Origin: Lepidodermella squamata
Taxonomy: Eukaryota > Animalia > Gastrotricha
DNA length: 64,000 nt
Assembly: GCA_047495785.1 (NCBI GenBank)
Contig: JBLDXI010000019.1
Span: 3,224,001-3,288,000 of the forward strand
Reading direction: 5' to 3'
A program made the translations under genes and the position numbers. The notes beneath the pieces were generated by a model. That model ran no database searches. It worked only from the letters and a program-made list of their open reading frames with translations, and was not told the origin of the DNA. Below are positions 1 through 13,927 of this stretch, piece by piece. Numbering within the stretch: the first letter of the stretch is position 1; each line of letters opens with the position of its first letter.

Positions 1-395
1 TGCACTAATTAAGAACGAGGGCAGTTGAAGATAACGCGTAGATATTTAGACCCATAAATAGATGGTTGCGGCCTTGATCAATCGCGAATGCCTACTCGTC
101 AGACTCCGCCCAAGTCCAGACAAGAATTAAATTCATAACCAGCCTGGCAATTGAAATCTCGGGCGTGATTCATTAGCCCATTAGAACATTAGATTATTAG
201 GAACTGATTTACGACAGCAAATTACACGGAAGCGGTAACAGTTTACGATTAATAGCTTCTTGATCCGTGTAACTCATTTTATTCTTCGCTAGTAGAAATA
301 CTTGAGCCTTTTGATCATTGGTATCACCAGCTTGAAGGAAATTACCAAGAATCAATCACAAGAAAAAGAGTGACCACCATAGCCGCACGAGCTAT

Positions 396-779
396 TCAAT
401 TTCCGGCCATTATGTCGCGAGCCAGCATCTGAGCCCAAATGTAGAAGCCAACGGTATGTTTGCAGATAGCAGCCGAGCCAAGTTGCGCAATGCATTTTCG
501 CATTCGCTGTCGCTGCACGCCGTGATTTCGTGCTGTGTGCGCCAGGTTGGCCAAACCTCTGTAATCTTGCTGCTGTACCAACATTGATACAAGATTTCCT
601 GAGAAAAAAGTTAGGCTAAGACAAATCTGTTTTATAAGAAGCCTCCACTTACGGAAATATTCGATTTTATCTCCTGAATCACCCTGAGATTCTTTTAATG
701 GTGAGGATGATGCGATTGATGCCACTGCCAAGGATAGGAAAATTGCTTGATGGAAAATTGACTTCATATTAATCGCCAT
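396..779 (-). CDS. Small secreted (neuro)peptide-precursor-like protein, copy A (2 exons; intron 599-652)
   Basis: Hydrophobic signal peptide (AIFLSLAVASIASS). A 54-nt GTAAGT...TTCTCAG phase-1 intron reads through in frame. Exon 2 (QQQDYRGLANLA...RMRKCIAQLGSAAICKHTVGFYIWAQMLARDIMAG) is nearly identical to the copy at 3558-3954. Confidence 0.7.
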   Translation of the reverse strand: MAINMKSIFHQAIFLSLAVASIASSSPLKESQGDSGDKIEYFRKWRLLIKQICLSLTFFSGNLVSMLVQQQDYRGLANLAHTARNHGVQRQRMRKCIAQLGSAAICKHTVGFYIWAQMLARDIMAGN

Positions 780-2234
780 AAAAATGCACAGTTATTGAAT
801 ATGGCATGTTATGGCATGTTATATACGCCGTTTCGTCCTCCTGAGAAGCGAATTTCCTGATTCGATTAGCCGCTGGTTCAATCCGCGTGATCGGTTCAGG
901 GACTTATTATATTTATCGCACCATGCATTCGGCATATTTTTCGAGGATAGCTACCTATACAGTGATTGATTACCTTCAAACGAGACGCAGAAATCGGACA
1001 TGTTTGCGTTCCTTTGTGATACAAGACACGGCATAATTTAACCGAAACTTCGTTTTATCCGTTATCAAGCAGCTGATGCGGCGCCTACCATCATGTAAAA
1101 ATGATACTCAGATATATGTTATTTATCGTGGAACGGTATTTGAAAGATTTAACCATAAAGAATTTTTGACATCCATCAGGTGTTCTCAATAATATTAAGT
1201 TACATAAAGGTGCCGGCGCTCATTTGCCGGTGATGCCCTTTTTATGAACCAACCAACTGCTTTTAGAGATGATTCATCGAGCGTTTGCCTAATTTTAATA
1301 TCCTTTTCAAATTTATAGTTTCGATTAATCTCTCAATCCAATTGCCGGAAATCGAGGTGGAGTGCTTATTCGATTATCCGTTGCTTCAATTTAGGTGATT
1401 GTTTTGCAGTAATTGCATCACTGAAGTGGTGGCAACTGGCAATGGGGAATCACCTCGCAGTTTCTAGATGAGGTTGTTATGGTGACGACATGCGTCATTT
1501 GTTGCGCCATGAAGCGGTGTCGAATCAGTCATACCTCGCTGCCTTGACAATCATTTAGGAAGGCAGTTTGATCTCCGTCATGCAGATAGCAATACATTTA
1601 CTGGTTGGGCCAAATATTAGTTCCGAACAATTATAGGAATACGGTTCCCACTTATGCAAACTCAATTAGGCCGAATCTCGCAGTTTTTCCTAGATTAACT
1701 AAGATTGTTAGCGTCGTTGAATAACTCGGACTAAGCCAACGTTACTTATGTTTTAAAATGATAGATTGCAAGTTCTTCCTCAGAATTAACGCATCAACAC
1801 GCTTTTTTACCCATCCCCTTACAGCGGACGTGAACACGGTTAAAGCTGAGTTATTCTACGTAGCGTAAACAATATGGCTAACAGGATGGCATGTTCACTA
1901 AGAACGAGGGTTGAATGCGGTCACTCTCGCTGGCAACCTCAATGACAATGCTAAACTGGGGTTTCCGTTCTTCATGACTATAGCTAGGACATTTGGGGCA
2001 TTGGATAGATGAGGATAGAAGAGGGTTATCAATTCTTGACAAATTTGACAAATGACTGTTTTTTTTTGCTTGGACTCTCAAGCAACGTTTTACTCAGGGT
2101 TTGTAACAGTTCTGTTATCAGTTATCAACAATATTGAAATAAAATGATATATATTGTTTAGCAATAGTAGCTCGAGTTTCGAAAGAAAAATTCATCAAGA
2201 GGAGTAGTTCGTTGAAGCATTTGAGATCCCATGC

Positions 2235-2623
2235 TCAAGCCTGCCGCCTTCGCTTCTCCGCGCGCGTGAATTCCAGAAAATTTTGCAGCCCAGCTACATC
2301 TTTCGCAGCTATCATCGCCAATGCTAATAATTCTGAAAAAGAACAATTATCGAATCAGCATGACGTGTTCCCGATCGAGATACCACACTCGTTGCCACAT
2401 TTGGCTTATATTGGAGCTTACTTAAATCTGTCTTGGACATGGGCTTTTCCAGATGTTGTTGGATCCCATCCAATTGAGATGTTTGCGTTTTAGCTAGCTG
2501 GCTGCTTTCCTCGTCGCTTGAAGATGCTCCCATTGAAGAGAGATTGAGAACAGCTTCTACTCCCGAAAGGCTACATTGCAGCGTTACAATACTCAGCATC
2601 AAATACAATATAAGGGCTGACAT
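2235..2623 (-). CDS. Small secreted protein, diverged third member of the same family (intron 2333-2421)
   Basis: Signal peptide MSALILYLMLSIVTLQCSLS and a phase-1 GTAAGC...TTTTTCAG intron. Exon 2 LKLLALAMIAAKDVAGLQNF..EKRRRQA* shares D-x-x-GL-x-N with copies A and B. Confidence 0.5.
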
Positions 2624-3557
2624 TCCGCAACGAAATGTTGTGTAATTTATTCTTTTGTGCTCTTTACTCGGTGTGTTATAGGCTTTTATAAGGCTCTTCA
2701 GACAATTAATTGTGGGAAAAACTTCGGGACGTGAGTGATGACAGCATGTGCGCATTTAATTTGCTTCATATTTCTGAACATCGGGCGCTAATTAAAACTG
2801 AGGGAAAACTGCCATACACTGGAGATGCTCGGACCCATTAATAGATGACCGTGACCCGAATTAACCTGCAGATGCCTACGCATCAGACTCCAGCGAGGTC
2901 CCGGTTGATCCCGGACGTGTCTGATGCCGAGAACAATGGAATTCGAACTTATTCGCGACAGCTATCCCCGTAAGATTACGCGAAATTGCAGCAGAGCAGC
3001 AATTCTGCAGTGGGAAGGGGGCTATAGCCCAGTAGCCTACCTCCGATACCTGATTAGACCAACAAGATGAGTTCAAGAACCTCAAGTGAAATCCAGAACC
3101 CGTGGATTGAAATCCCATCGAAGCAAGTCAATTCTTCGAAGCAAGGGAAGTTTTTCAGTGAGCTTTTGCTAAGCTGGGTTTCAACCAGGGTGCGAAGTAT
3201 CGGGGTACCGTACTCCCAGCTCGAGAGGTATAGGCAAGAAAATTAAAAAATCACAAGCCTTTGGTCCGATAAATTCGGGGCTGACAATACTCAAACGTCG
3301 AACGCACTGTTACAGCTTCTAGTTTGCTATGAAGCTGTGTTTCTGGGAGGTTATTTCCCTGCAGTGCATCCTCTGAAGAAACTGGAAGGGTAATAACCGG
3401 CTACATTGCCTATACAAAATTTCGCTCCGTGCAGCAAATAAATTAATAAATTCTTTGTTTTATTCCTTTTAAAATATGCTTGAGCCAAGGCAGGGAAACA
3501 CTTGAGACTTTTCGATCAATTATAAGTGAACTCTGTAGTTTCACTGTAACAGATTAT

Positions 3558-3954
3558 TCAACTTCCGGCCATTATGTCACGAGCCAGCATCTGAGCCCAA
3601 ATGTAGAAGCCAACTGTATGTTTGCAGATAGCAGCCGAGCCAAGTTGCGCAATGCATTTTCGCATTCGCTGTCGCTGCACGCTGTGATTTCGAGCTGTTT
3701 GCGCTAGGTTGGCCAAACCTCTGTAATCTTGCTGCTGCACCAACTTTGATACAAGGTTTCCTTGAGGAAAAATTGGGTTCAAGAAATGCTCTTTTCTGTT
3801 TATTTGGAAGCTTACTCATAGATTCGATTTTGGCAACTGAATTGTCTTGTGATTCGTCTATTGACTTCGATAAACATGATGCGATTGATGGCAGAACCAG
3901 GTATAAAATAAGCAATGGAGCATAATGATAGGGCATCGATTTCATTGCAAGCAT
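3558..3954 (-). CDS. Small secreted (neuro)peptide-precursor-like protein, copy B (intron 3761-3815)
   Basis: Signal peptide (APLLILYLVLPSIAS), a 55-nt GTAAGC...CTCAAG phase-1 intron, and an exon 2 nearly identical to copy A. Confidence 0.7.
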
Positions 3955-4790
3955 CCTTAAAAACTCAATTTTTTCGAATGAAAAATTATATGGCATTCAT
4001 TTCTCAACTTATAAACCATATCGCGTCACCTCGAGCCTATAATTCGATTAACTGCTGTTTTGTTCAAACTAATCAGCTACGGGACGATTCGTAATTATCA
4101 GACCATGTACTCGGCTGAGTTTTCGAGGTTAGCATCAGCCTAATTAGGTGACTAATTACCTCCATAAACGAGACGCTCAAGATATTGGGCACGCGTTTGC
4201 GTGTCCGTATTCCGAGAAAATTACTCAAATTACAGCATTCCAGTGCCACTTTCATTAACAACATTTTTCAATCCCAATCTCTTTTTTGGCCCGGCTGGTT
4301 CAATTCAACTGCGACCCCTTAATAATGTCAATAGACAACGATTTTTCCATCAAGCGTGACACTTTTCGGCCGCTTTCAAAGAACACGTTGAACGTCCCTC
4401 ATTTTTTATTCATTTGATTTATATCCAAAAACCGTGATGCCTGAATAGCAAAAAGCCCTCCTATTGAGAGTTGCCTCGATCAAGTCATTTGGGTGGTTTT
4501 CCACAATTTGAAAAAAATTCTAAAATTCATAAAAATTCGGCAAACATATTTTGAAAATGTAACTGCAATTTTTAGTAATATTTCGAATTTTTCATAATTT
4601 TCCGAAATTTTTGCGATTTTATTTCGATTTTATTTCTGAATATTTTGTTAATTTATCCGGGGCCGTTCGTTTTACAGTTTCACGAGTGGTTAGCAACCAC
4701 CTTACGAACCCCTCGAGCGTAAAAAAGTTGCGGTTCACATGTTTTTATACCAAAAATTTCGTATACTCGAAAGAAGGACGCGAGCTAAAA

Positions 4791-7052
4791 ATGAACCCGC
4801 CGACAACGCCAATAGGTGACGAGGATGATGACGCCTCGCCATTGGCGACTGCTAATTGCGACGAAGTCGAGCAGCAGCAGCGAACAAATTTGCTACTGCT
4901 ATTCAACCGAATGCAGGAGAATAGCAGCGTCAGAATACCGACGGTTCGGATTGAACCGGGCACGCCGCCGATAGCTGGCAGCAGTCGGCCGCATTCATCT
5001 TTCAGCCACCCTAATGAGGTCATCGAAACCCTCGTCGAGTTCCGGCGGCCTTCGACTGCCTCGTCGAGTTCGAGCGTGATTCGGCCGAAAAAAACGCGAC
5101 AGGGCCTTGATACCAAAGAATCGACATGGACCCTGCCCCCGTTGTCATCAAATGGCCAGCGAGAAATGCGACGAGACTCGAAGTCATCCGTCCAGTCCCT
5201 CTTCGTTGTCTCATCAAGTTCCAGCGCTAAACTAAGCGCAGAGTCCGAGAATATGTCCCCGAATGAAGAAACAATGCCGAAAGAGCTGAAATCAATCAAG
5301 CGGAACCAATTAATCGGGGGAGATACCTCGTGGATCGACTCTATCCTATCTCGAAGCCCGACCCTGGGGGTTAAAGGATCGAAGGAAATGACGACTATGC
5401 TGATTGAGGGATGTGAAGATCGAGGCCCGAGTCGGTTAGCGACCTTCATGCAGTCGAAAATGGACTTTGAACCAGCGAATCGAAGCGTGTCACGCATGAT
5501 GGCCCTCGCGGCTGAGACAAGCCCGTTACCAGCTATGCCTGTCCCAGCTACGGCTCTTCAGGGCTCTGTCGATTTCCGGCAATGCCGCTGGGACCTGTGT
5601 CACATGAAGTGTTTCCAAAATGTTGACAACTTAGTGAGGCATGTAATTAATGATCACGTGATTAAGGACAATACATGCCAACAAATGACTCTTGTCGACT
5701 CAAATGAAGGATCAACACTTCAAGTCACTGGCAAATCGACCGAACAATCACCACCGAATCAGCAAGTCAGGCGGAAATTGTTTGTATGCAAATGGGCTGA
5801 TTGCAGCCGGAAGGGTGTCCCATTCACGGCCAGGTACAAGCTGGTCAACCACATCCGAATTCATACGGGCGAGAAGCCTGTTAAATGTTCGGTGAGTTTC
5901 AGCCGGAAAAAATCGGGACGAATGAGATATTACAAGCCGTGTTTGTTTCCGAAAATTGCGCGCGTGACCTTGACCCCCGCACACTTAATTAGCCCCGACA
6001 CTCCCTCGCGCGCACTCGCTTCTTTCTAAATTTGATTGCGATATGGCGTGTAATATCTCGTTCGTCTCGCGCGTTTATAAATAATTAATTGAAACCATAT
6101 TTTTTAATATTTTGTCCCAATTTTTTCATATAATGGACAAAAAGTTCCCGTCGTGCGAGAAGGCTTTCACGAGTTCTGAGAGTTTGAAGATTCACATCAC
6201 CTCACACACGGGTGACCGGCCGTACGGATGTGATAATTGCGACAAGACCTTTTCGAATCGAAGCGATAGATCGCGACATAAACGGACGCATGTTGCCCAG
6301 AAGCCGTTCGCTTGCAACTACCCAGGGTGCGATAAACGGTACACGGATCCGAGTTCGCTGAGGAAACATTCGAAAATTCATTCAGCGCCTGGTTCGAATG
6401 GTCTGGCGGGTAGCAGTGAAGCGAGCTACGGCAGTAGCACTGTTAGCCCGATATCCAAATTCTCGGTAAAACTTTAATCTTTAAACTTACCCATTTTTTG
6501 ATAAATAAAAAATAGTTAACATCTTTCGAAAATTTAAATTTTTCTAATTTTTTGAAAATTAATTTCTTAATTTTTTATTTTGAAGTTTGAATTTTTTGAA
6601 AATAACGTTTTTGGATTTTGAATTGAAATTCGAAAAATCTGAATTTTTTTTCATTTTTAAAAATTAAAAATTTTCACTTGTAATTTTTTCAATTGTTTTT
6701 TAATTTTTTCTAGGATTTCAACACCCCTCAAGTTCCGGCTTTGCTGCATCCAAACCAGGCTGTTCGCGAAGGTCTTGTCGCACCCTGTTTGACCGTCCAC
6801 TCCCTTCAAACCGCAAGTCTACCCGGCCAACCGACCCCGGAACAAGCCGCCGCTGCTCTGTCCCACCTCATCAGCCAGCATCATTATAGTCAGCAGAATT
6901 TCCACACGCAAATCGCACAGCCGTTGACTAACATCATCGCCTCATCACCCTATCACCCTAATGTTAGGCTGCCGTTCAGCGGCTATGTCACCCCGCCTGT
7001 CCCCCTCCTCGTTATCGACGGCATTTCAGCCCAGGCTGCTGCTCGATTCTAA
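4791..7052 (+). CDS. GLI/GLIS/ZIC-family five-C2H2 zinc-finger transcription factor (exons 4791-5891, 6145-6465, 6714-7052)
   Basis: [43 protein letters not shown] and [14 protein letters not shown] are GLI/GLIS/ZIC-type fingers with the paired Trp of ZF1/ZF2. GT-AG junctions keep the frame. Confidence 0.9.
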
Positions 7053-8982
7053 CAATTTTGAATAATTATAATTGCTAATGACAGATTCTAGCCCAGTGAT
7101 TGATTTTACGTAATTTGATACTGCGTATTTCTAATCAAAGAAATTGAATAAAAAAATCCTAAATTGGACCGTTATCCGCGGATACGACGTAATGTCACTG
7201 ATGTCACTCTCTAGTCACACTTAATTTCACGGAATCCGGGATAATAATAACTCGTCATCGATGCGGCGGCAGTGCGCTCAGAAATTCCTAGTGCGATTTG
7301 TGCGCACCCTCGATTAATATGATAGCGCAATTATGATATAGGATAGCGCAATTCCATAATGAGTGGGATACGAGTAGTTGATTGAATGATTCTGTATAAT
7401 AGCACACTTCTGACTGATAAAAATCGGTTAGATGACGGACGGATGGATCAAAACCCACGCCACGCAGCGACATATTCATGGGCGGATTTTATAAATAATT
7501 CGAGATTTTATTTCCCACTAAGCCTAAATCCTAAAGATGAATTATTTTTATTAATTTTTCTAATTCTTTGACTTGTTTTTTTCTAAAATCAATCGATGTC
7601 TTTGTTTCTAATCACTGACGTGATCTGAAAATCTCTTTTTTATTAAAAATTCGTGGCAAAAGCTTATCTTTTGACATTTTATTATTATTTTCAAAATAAA
7701 CAAAGGGTTTAACCGAGACCACAAAAATAAGTAATATACTTGTATAGCATTATTTAGGATTTAAGGTAAAAATATATTAAAAATATTGCGCGGTTCTTTT
7801 TACGCGGCAATCGAATCCCCGATGGCGGCTGATTTCCCCCCCCCCATCGTTTTCAGACCTGATTTTGCGTGCAAACGATTCGCGACATAAATAATGCTTT
7901 CCAGCTATTGCGTATCTTCCATTTATTACCCGTGCGATGATTAGCGTGGGATGATTGATAATTTCCCCCTGGGATTTTAAAGAGGATACCTAGAATTTTA
8001 AATATGTAATAATTCTCGACCTTTTTCAGTCGAAAAAATTAAACCCGAAATTGCGCATGAATAATTAAAATTTAATTTTTTGGCTAATATTTTGTAGGTT
8101 ATAAAGCGAAAAAATGAATTAATGAAACGCCAGGCTAATAGTATATATGTTAAAGGAATTCCTATTTCTAAGGGTTTAGGATTACTATAAATAGCCAAAT
8201 AAGCAAGCCCTTTACCTACATTTTCCCGTTCATACTAAAATATGTCATATTTCGTATTAAAAAAGTGCGTATTTTTTGCGAGGGCTTTTATTGGTACTTC
8301 ACATTTTTCATCAATCGAAAATCTATACGGCTTCTGCATGTCACTTAGGGCTAATAGTAGCTGCTGTGTGGGCCGCCATCAAACCCACGAATATAGCTCA
8401 GTTTTCTTCCTATTATAAGACTCAGACGTCGATTTTCATCAGCAGCTAATTAACCGCGAGAAACTTTTTTTCCCAAAATTATGGGTCGATTTTTTTCAAT
8501 CTCAGAAGTAGTGCACACTTCTGAAATGACGCCTTTTTATTGCAATGAAATATTTCGATTGTTTCGCCCTGTTATTGCCAACTTTTTTTCATGAATGAGC
8601 TACGCTTCAGCGAACGCACAGATTCGCGCACTTTTGACGCGTTAATTTGATGGTGTCATCAATCAGGCGTAAATAACCCTGAGGCTCGGTTTTTTTTCGT
8701 CTGTTTTTTCGCATCTTCCGCAACCAGGAATCACTTGCTTTGATTTCCTTCGCTTTTATAATCAATTTATCGACGACACACACAGTCACATGTGGGCTCC
8801 CCCGCATGGATGCGTCTTTTTTTATGTTTTCCTGCCCTGCTAAATGCTTCCTTTATCTTTAAATCGTAATAAAAAATGAAACATCATCGTAAAAAAAATT
8901 AGAAGAACAGTTTTTGTCCTGACATGAAGACTTTTGAATTTGTCGATAGATTTTTACTTCAATGAATACATGCGACGATAAT

Positions 8983-9584
8983 ATGGCCGGTGTATCTCGG
9001 CTAAGTCGGTCTATTTTGACAATATCGATGATGCTTTATGGAGCCACCTTATCGGTAAATTTAAAAAAAAAATTGAAATTTTGATTTTCAATTTTTTTAA
9101 TAATATTGAAATTTATAACAAAGTATTATTCATATTTTTCTAGGCAGCGTATTCACAGTGGCAAGGCAAAACTGATCGGTCAAGCGTGACGGCCTATGCA
9201 AGCAACGATGCGTTAAATTCGATTGAAATTTCACCCTCAGAAGAATCTTGCCAAGCCATAGCCGATTCTAACCAGTGCATAGCCGCCGGCTGCTGCCTCA
9301 TTCAGTACCTTCGCCCAGCCGGCTACACTCGCCGCCTCATGACCGTGACCGAGTGCGTCGCGCCGCTGCTCGACGCGGACACGTGCCTTCGATTCAGCTC
9401 TGAAACGCGGCATATCAAGCGGTATCTCGTTAAAACGGCCGGGCCAACGCGACAACTAGCATCTATGATGTGCCCGTGCCAGCCTGGGTTCGAATGTCCT
9501 ATTGAACCTGGCGACATTGCGTCGACTTGCCAGGCGAAACCAACTAGCGAGCCGTTGGTTACAGTTTCCAATTTCAAACAATGA
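8983..9584 (+). CDS. Secreted prokineticin/astakine (colipase-fold) 10-Cys protein (exons 8983-9054, 9144-9584)
   Basis: Signal-like exon 1. Ten cysteines in the C..C-x4-CC...C...C...CPC-x-x-G-x-x-C...C spacing of AVIT/prokineticin-like proteins. Confidence 0.7.
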
Positions 9585-9897
9585 TTTTTCTGGGAGAAAA
9601 ATCAGGGCGAAAAAATATTATGTAAATTTCAGTTTCAAACCGGCATGCTTCTACTCGTCTATTTGACATTTATTATTTGTTACAATATTTTCTGTTGGAA
9701 CTTGAAGTTGATAAAAATGAGAAAAAATAAAACTGAAACGAGCGGAAATATAGACTTTTGTTCAATGACCCGATTTTGGACAAAGTAAAGCAACAATTTT
9801 CTGATTTTATTTAAAATTAATTTTTTTAGGAATAAAATCGAAGTTATATTAATTGCATTGATAGAATTATTTGCATCATTTTTGTCTCTGATAGCGT

Positions 9898-12377
9898 TTA
9901 TTTATTTTTTTCGCGGGCGAAGGTGAGTCGCACGATGCGACGCGCGCCGAAGTTGCCGAACGGGCCGCATAGACCGGCCAGGATCATAGGCTGGTCGTTG
10001 CTCGACGTTACGACAGCGACGCATTTTAGCGTGGAGAAAATGTCTGTTAATATGACCAGCTCGTCATCGACGGGGTCCAGAGCTGTACTGCCATCAGCAG
10101 CGAAAGGGAAAATCTAAAAAAAAATAGCAGAAAATTGAGAAAAATTGGGAAAAATCGTAAAATTCAAAATTCAAATTATTGCAGTCAAAATCAACGCCAG
10201 GTTAATACCTAATTCCTATACATCTTATTTTCAAACTCAAGTCTTTACAGGATCTTGCTTGTTTTATGTTCTATATTAGCATGTCAAATCAATAGATCTC
10301 GAAATTTGCGCTATTAGCGATCACTTTACGCGTTACACTTAAGCCCGCGGAGCCGATATCGATTTCAAGTATCGATTTTACAAATCAGTGATTTTTCCGA
10401 TACCGGCAACTAGGGAGCCAATATAGATATTATTATACAAGCCAGATGATTCCAGGTAGTTTAAAGTTTAGATGTAAAATGGGGTTCACAGAAATGAAAA
10501 ATTTGAACATTTGAACATAGTAGGCCGGATCCACAGGGTCAAAGTACAATTCTAAAAATAGCGCGAGATATAAAAAATAGAACTTTCCGATTTTCAGATT
10601 TTTCAGGGTCTATTTTTTCATCTACTAGCGGAATATTGTTTTTTCAGTAAGAAATTCAATTAAAAATGAAATAGAAAGGAATTTTACAACGAATGAGTCG
10701 ATTTTCCGCGAGCAGATGAAATAGACCCTGATTTCAAGCAATTCAGAAATTCCAGTATTAAAATAGTCCGGCATCCTCTAAATAAATGTTAATAATCTGA
10801 AGAATTCGAAAAATTTGAACAAAATTCTGACTGCTAACTGCACGGACCTCATAGCGCGAATCAGGGTTTGGACCTTACGGGACCCGGCGTATAATGAAAA
10901 TATCGGAATATTGAGTCTTAGAATGTATTATTGAAGCCCTAAATTTAGACCCAACTTTCACGAAAAAAGTTATTAAGGATTAAGGAAGCTTTTCAAATCT
11001 AAGTTACCTGTATTCTTTGATTTTTGTCATCAGCGACTAGAAGATTGCCAGCCGGGTCAAAGTGGACACCCTGCGGTTTCATCAACGCCCCGCGTTTCGT
11101 GCCCTTCACCGCTAGCGTTGAAATCACCTCGAACTGCACGGAATTCGTATTGCCAAATCCCAACGAATTGCGCGAATATTTCAATTTCAGCTGCGTCAGG
11201 GTCGAATTCGATTTATCGCTAACAACTAACATTGGCTTCGATGACCCGCGTAAATCGAGATGAAGTGCAACTTTATACGGCGAAATCGATTGCGTGACCG
11301 GGGTTGAAAATCGAATTTCAGTTAGCTTTTTCGGCTGTTGTAAATTGCTGGTCGACCAGGCTGTTACGCAGTCGCTGTTGCAAACATAGAGAACACTGCT
11401 TTCAGAGTCGCAGGCCAGCCCGTGATATTGCTCGTTCTGGTTGACCGGTGACGCTTGAATGAACACAACTAATCGGGTTGTTTTATTCGCCCGCGAATCC
11501 GACTCCATTTCGGCGATTTTCGCGTATTGCACCGAGTTGAAATTTACAGTGAAAAAAATTGCGCTGTGAAGCGAATCGTAAGCAGCGTGACGGATTTTCG
11601 TAGGTTGTGACTCGTCGAAGGGCTGGGGCGGTACGACTCGGCCTGTCCATTCGACGCGGGGTGCTCCGTTCGAGTTGTTTTCCAGCGCGACAATCTCGCC
11701 GTTGAAGCAAATGACGGCGGTTGAGCGACGCGCTTTCATCGGCAGCAGTTCTTTGATGCGTGACGGCGCGGTGTAGCAAGGCTCGCCTAGCGAGTCGAAC
11801 CACTGCCAGTATCGAAGCTTGTCGAAAACTCCAGCATCCTAGAAATATCGTAAAATTCCATTAAATATGCAAAATAATTGTGAAAATGTAGGTATTTCCA
11901 GCCTTTCGCATTTTTTCTAAAACAAATGGATTAAACTTAACAATAATTTGTTAATTAATTATGTATTTTTGACCATAAATGTGTAAAAAACTTCAAAAAT
12001 TGAAGACTCAAACTCTAAATTTGAATCTTCAGCCCACATTTTTTCCTAGTTTCAACATATATTTTTTATATGTATTAAAAAATGTCATAAAGTCGTAAGA
12101 AATTTTGAAAAATCCCGACAAATTCCAATCATAGCAGTTATTTTGTCGAGCAATTTTGGAACCTTACACGTGTTACCGTGCAAATTTCTGAACGAGTTTG
12201 AAACTTCGACCCTTATTGCACTAAATAAATTATACAGATAAAACTTAGGACCTTCAAGCCGCTCATGCGTTTTGCTTGTCGACCGCGCCGTTTCAACCAG
12301 TTCGGCATCGACGATGACGATTTCCCAGAATTGCCGCTGGTCGAAAAACGCCTGCCGCTTTCATCGCCGTTTTGCAT
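9898..12377 (-). CDS. NHL-repeat (beta-propeller) protein, 3 exons
   Basis: NHL repeat LMKPQGVHFDPAGNLLVADDKNQRIQ|IF spans a splice junction. Exons at about 12252-12377, 11008-11838 and 9898-10113 join in frame. Confidence 0.7.
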
Positions 12378-13927
12378 AGTAAATTCTAATGTCTCTACAT
12401 TGATCGAGAATTTGAATTAATAGAAAAATGGGCAATTTTTATAATATTTTTAAGACGCTTTTTAGCGTTAAAGATTTCCGAAAAATTAGCTGAGCTATTG
12501 CCATAATTTCCCGGAAAAAAATGAATATTTTTACGGCGATAGTATTCTCTATCAGAACATCAGGGTGAAGAAGGCCTTTGGCATGAGCAGCATGAGAAAT
12601 AATAATAATAATGCATATTACGCTTTGCCGAATCAATGAAGCGTGCGAATTGCACATGAACCCAAACACATGTGGTCAAAACACATCATCTCGAGACAAA
12701 GATTTCGCACCTTGATGTTAACACTTCATTAACTCGTTAGACTGAATTTTTGTCGCAGTCAAGGTATTTTTAAATTATAGCGTGCGTCTTATGCTCAATC
12801 GGCAAATTAAGGAAAAAATTAAGGCGGTGTTCTCTTTTCATACTAAATTTTAATGAATGGAAATGAAGAAAAAATAGAAAATGATTGTGTGCTGTCCTTG
12901 TTGCTTCCCCAGTAAAATTTACGTTCGTCTCATTTTTCTACTCTTATCATTCATTTTTTATCTTTTTGTCTATTTTTATTTATCAATAAAAATTATCTCT
13001 CAAACAATAAAGGAACAAAGTCCGTCGCCGAGTTTTTTCTCATTGACCGCATATTACGCGGATTTTTATCACGCCAAGCTGCGTATAAGCGGAAGGTGAT
13101 AAATTGTCGGAGCGGTGAGATATTTTCCGCATGCCTGCACCGGTCAGTTACGATATAGGTAATATTGCAGGAAGACGCGCACTGCTGTAAGAAAAATGCC
13201 GCTGAAACCAGCACTCGCACGGCGACACTGTGATGACCTGTGCGATGGCTTTCTCTATATAATACAACTTGAGCAATAAATAATAACGCGAAAGTGCTTC
13301 TGAAAATTATTTCAACTGGCGATGATTATGATCACGTATCGCGTTGCTAAATTGAACGCACGTCGACCTGTAATAAAACACGCCGTGCGCTATCAATTTG
13401 TCGTCTGGGTCATCGCATGTGCGCGCGATTTAGGCCAAGTTGCTTGAAATAAATAATAATACGGGTGTCTTCTCGCTTAATACGTGGCCTACTTGAACAG
13501 ATAGATACCACCGCGCAAGACATCTGAGATGAAATTTATCAAACCGCCGGAAGTCGGATTTGTTTACCCAAGAGATTAAGCTCACGGCGCGGTTATTCTT
13601 TGCAATGTGTTGCGCTGTTACGCCCGCCCTCCCTCGTTTCATTTCGTTCACTCAGCTGAAACAAAAGCAGCTTGTTTCATCAATCTTTTATATACAGGAC
13701 AAACCAAGTCGCACGTACTAGTGAAATGGAGGAAGACACGCGCCCAACTACGATAACCGGCCTTCAATCTGCTGCACTTGTTACGATTTCTTCACAGCGA
13801 GATTGTGCCTAATTTTCGAAAATTTCTCCAAATTTAGCTAGCCTATGCGTTGCTGTTGATTTTTTGCGATATTTTATTGATTTTTTTCACCTAATTTTTA
13901 GATGGCCTCTTATTAACAACAAGTGCC

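Noticed and set aside
410-592. Alternative-frame ORF MYQCWYSS...
   Set aside because: The same frame has a stop in the paralogous copy, and the splice phase selects the QQQDYRG frame.
2235-2237. TGA after KRRRQA as a selenocysteine or readthrough codon (downstream KCFNEL loosely resembles KCIAQL)
   Set aside because: The similarity is too weak, there is no second Cys, and I cannot identify a SECIS.
10521-10891. Possible intronic MITE (TAGGCCGGATCCACAGGGTC... / ...GGACCTTACGGGACCCGGCGTA)
   Set aside because: The inverted ends are too degenerate to call without other copies.
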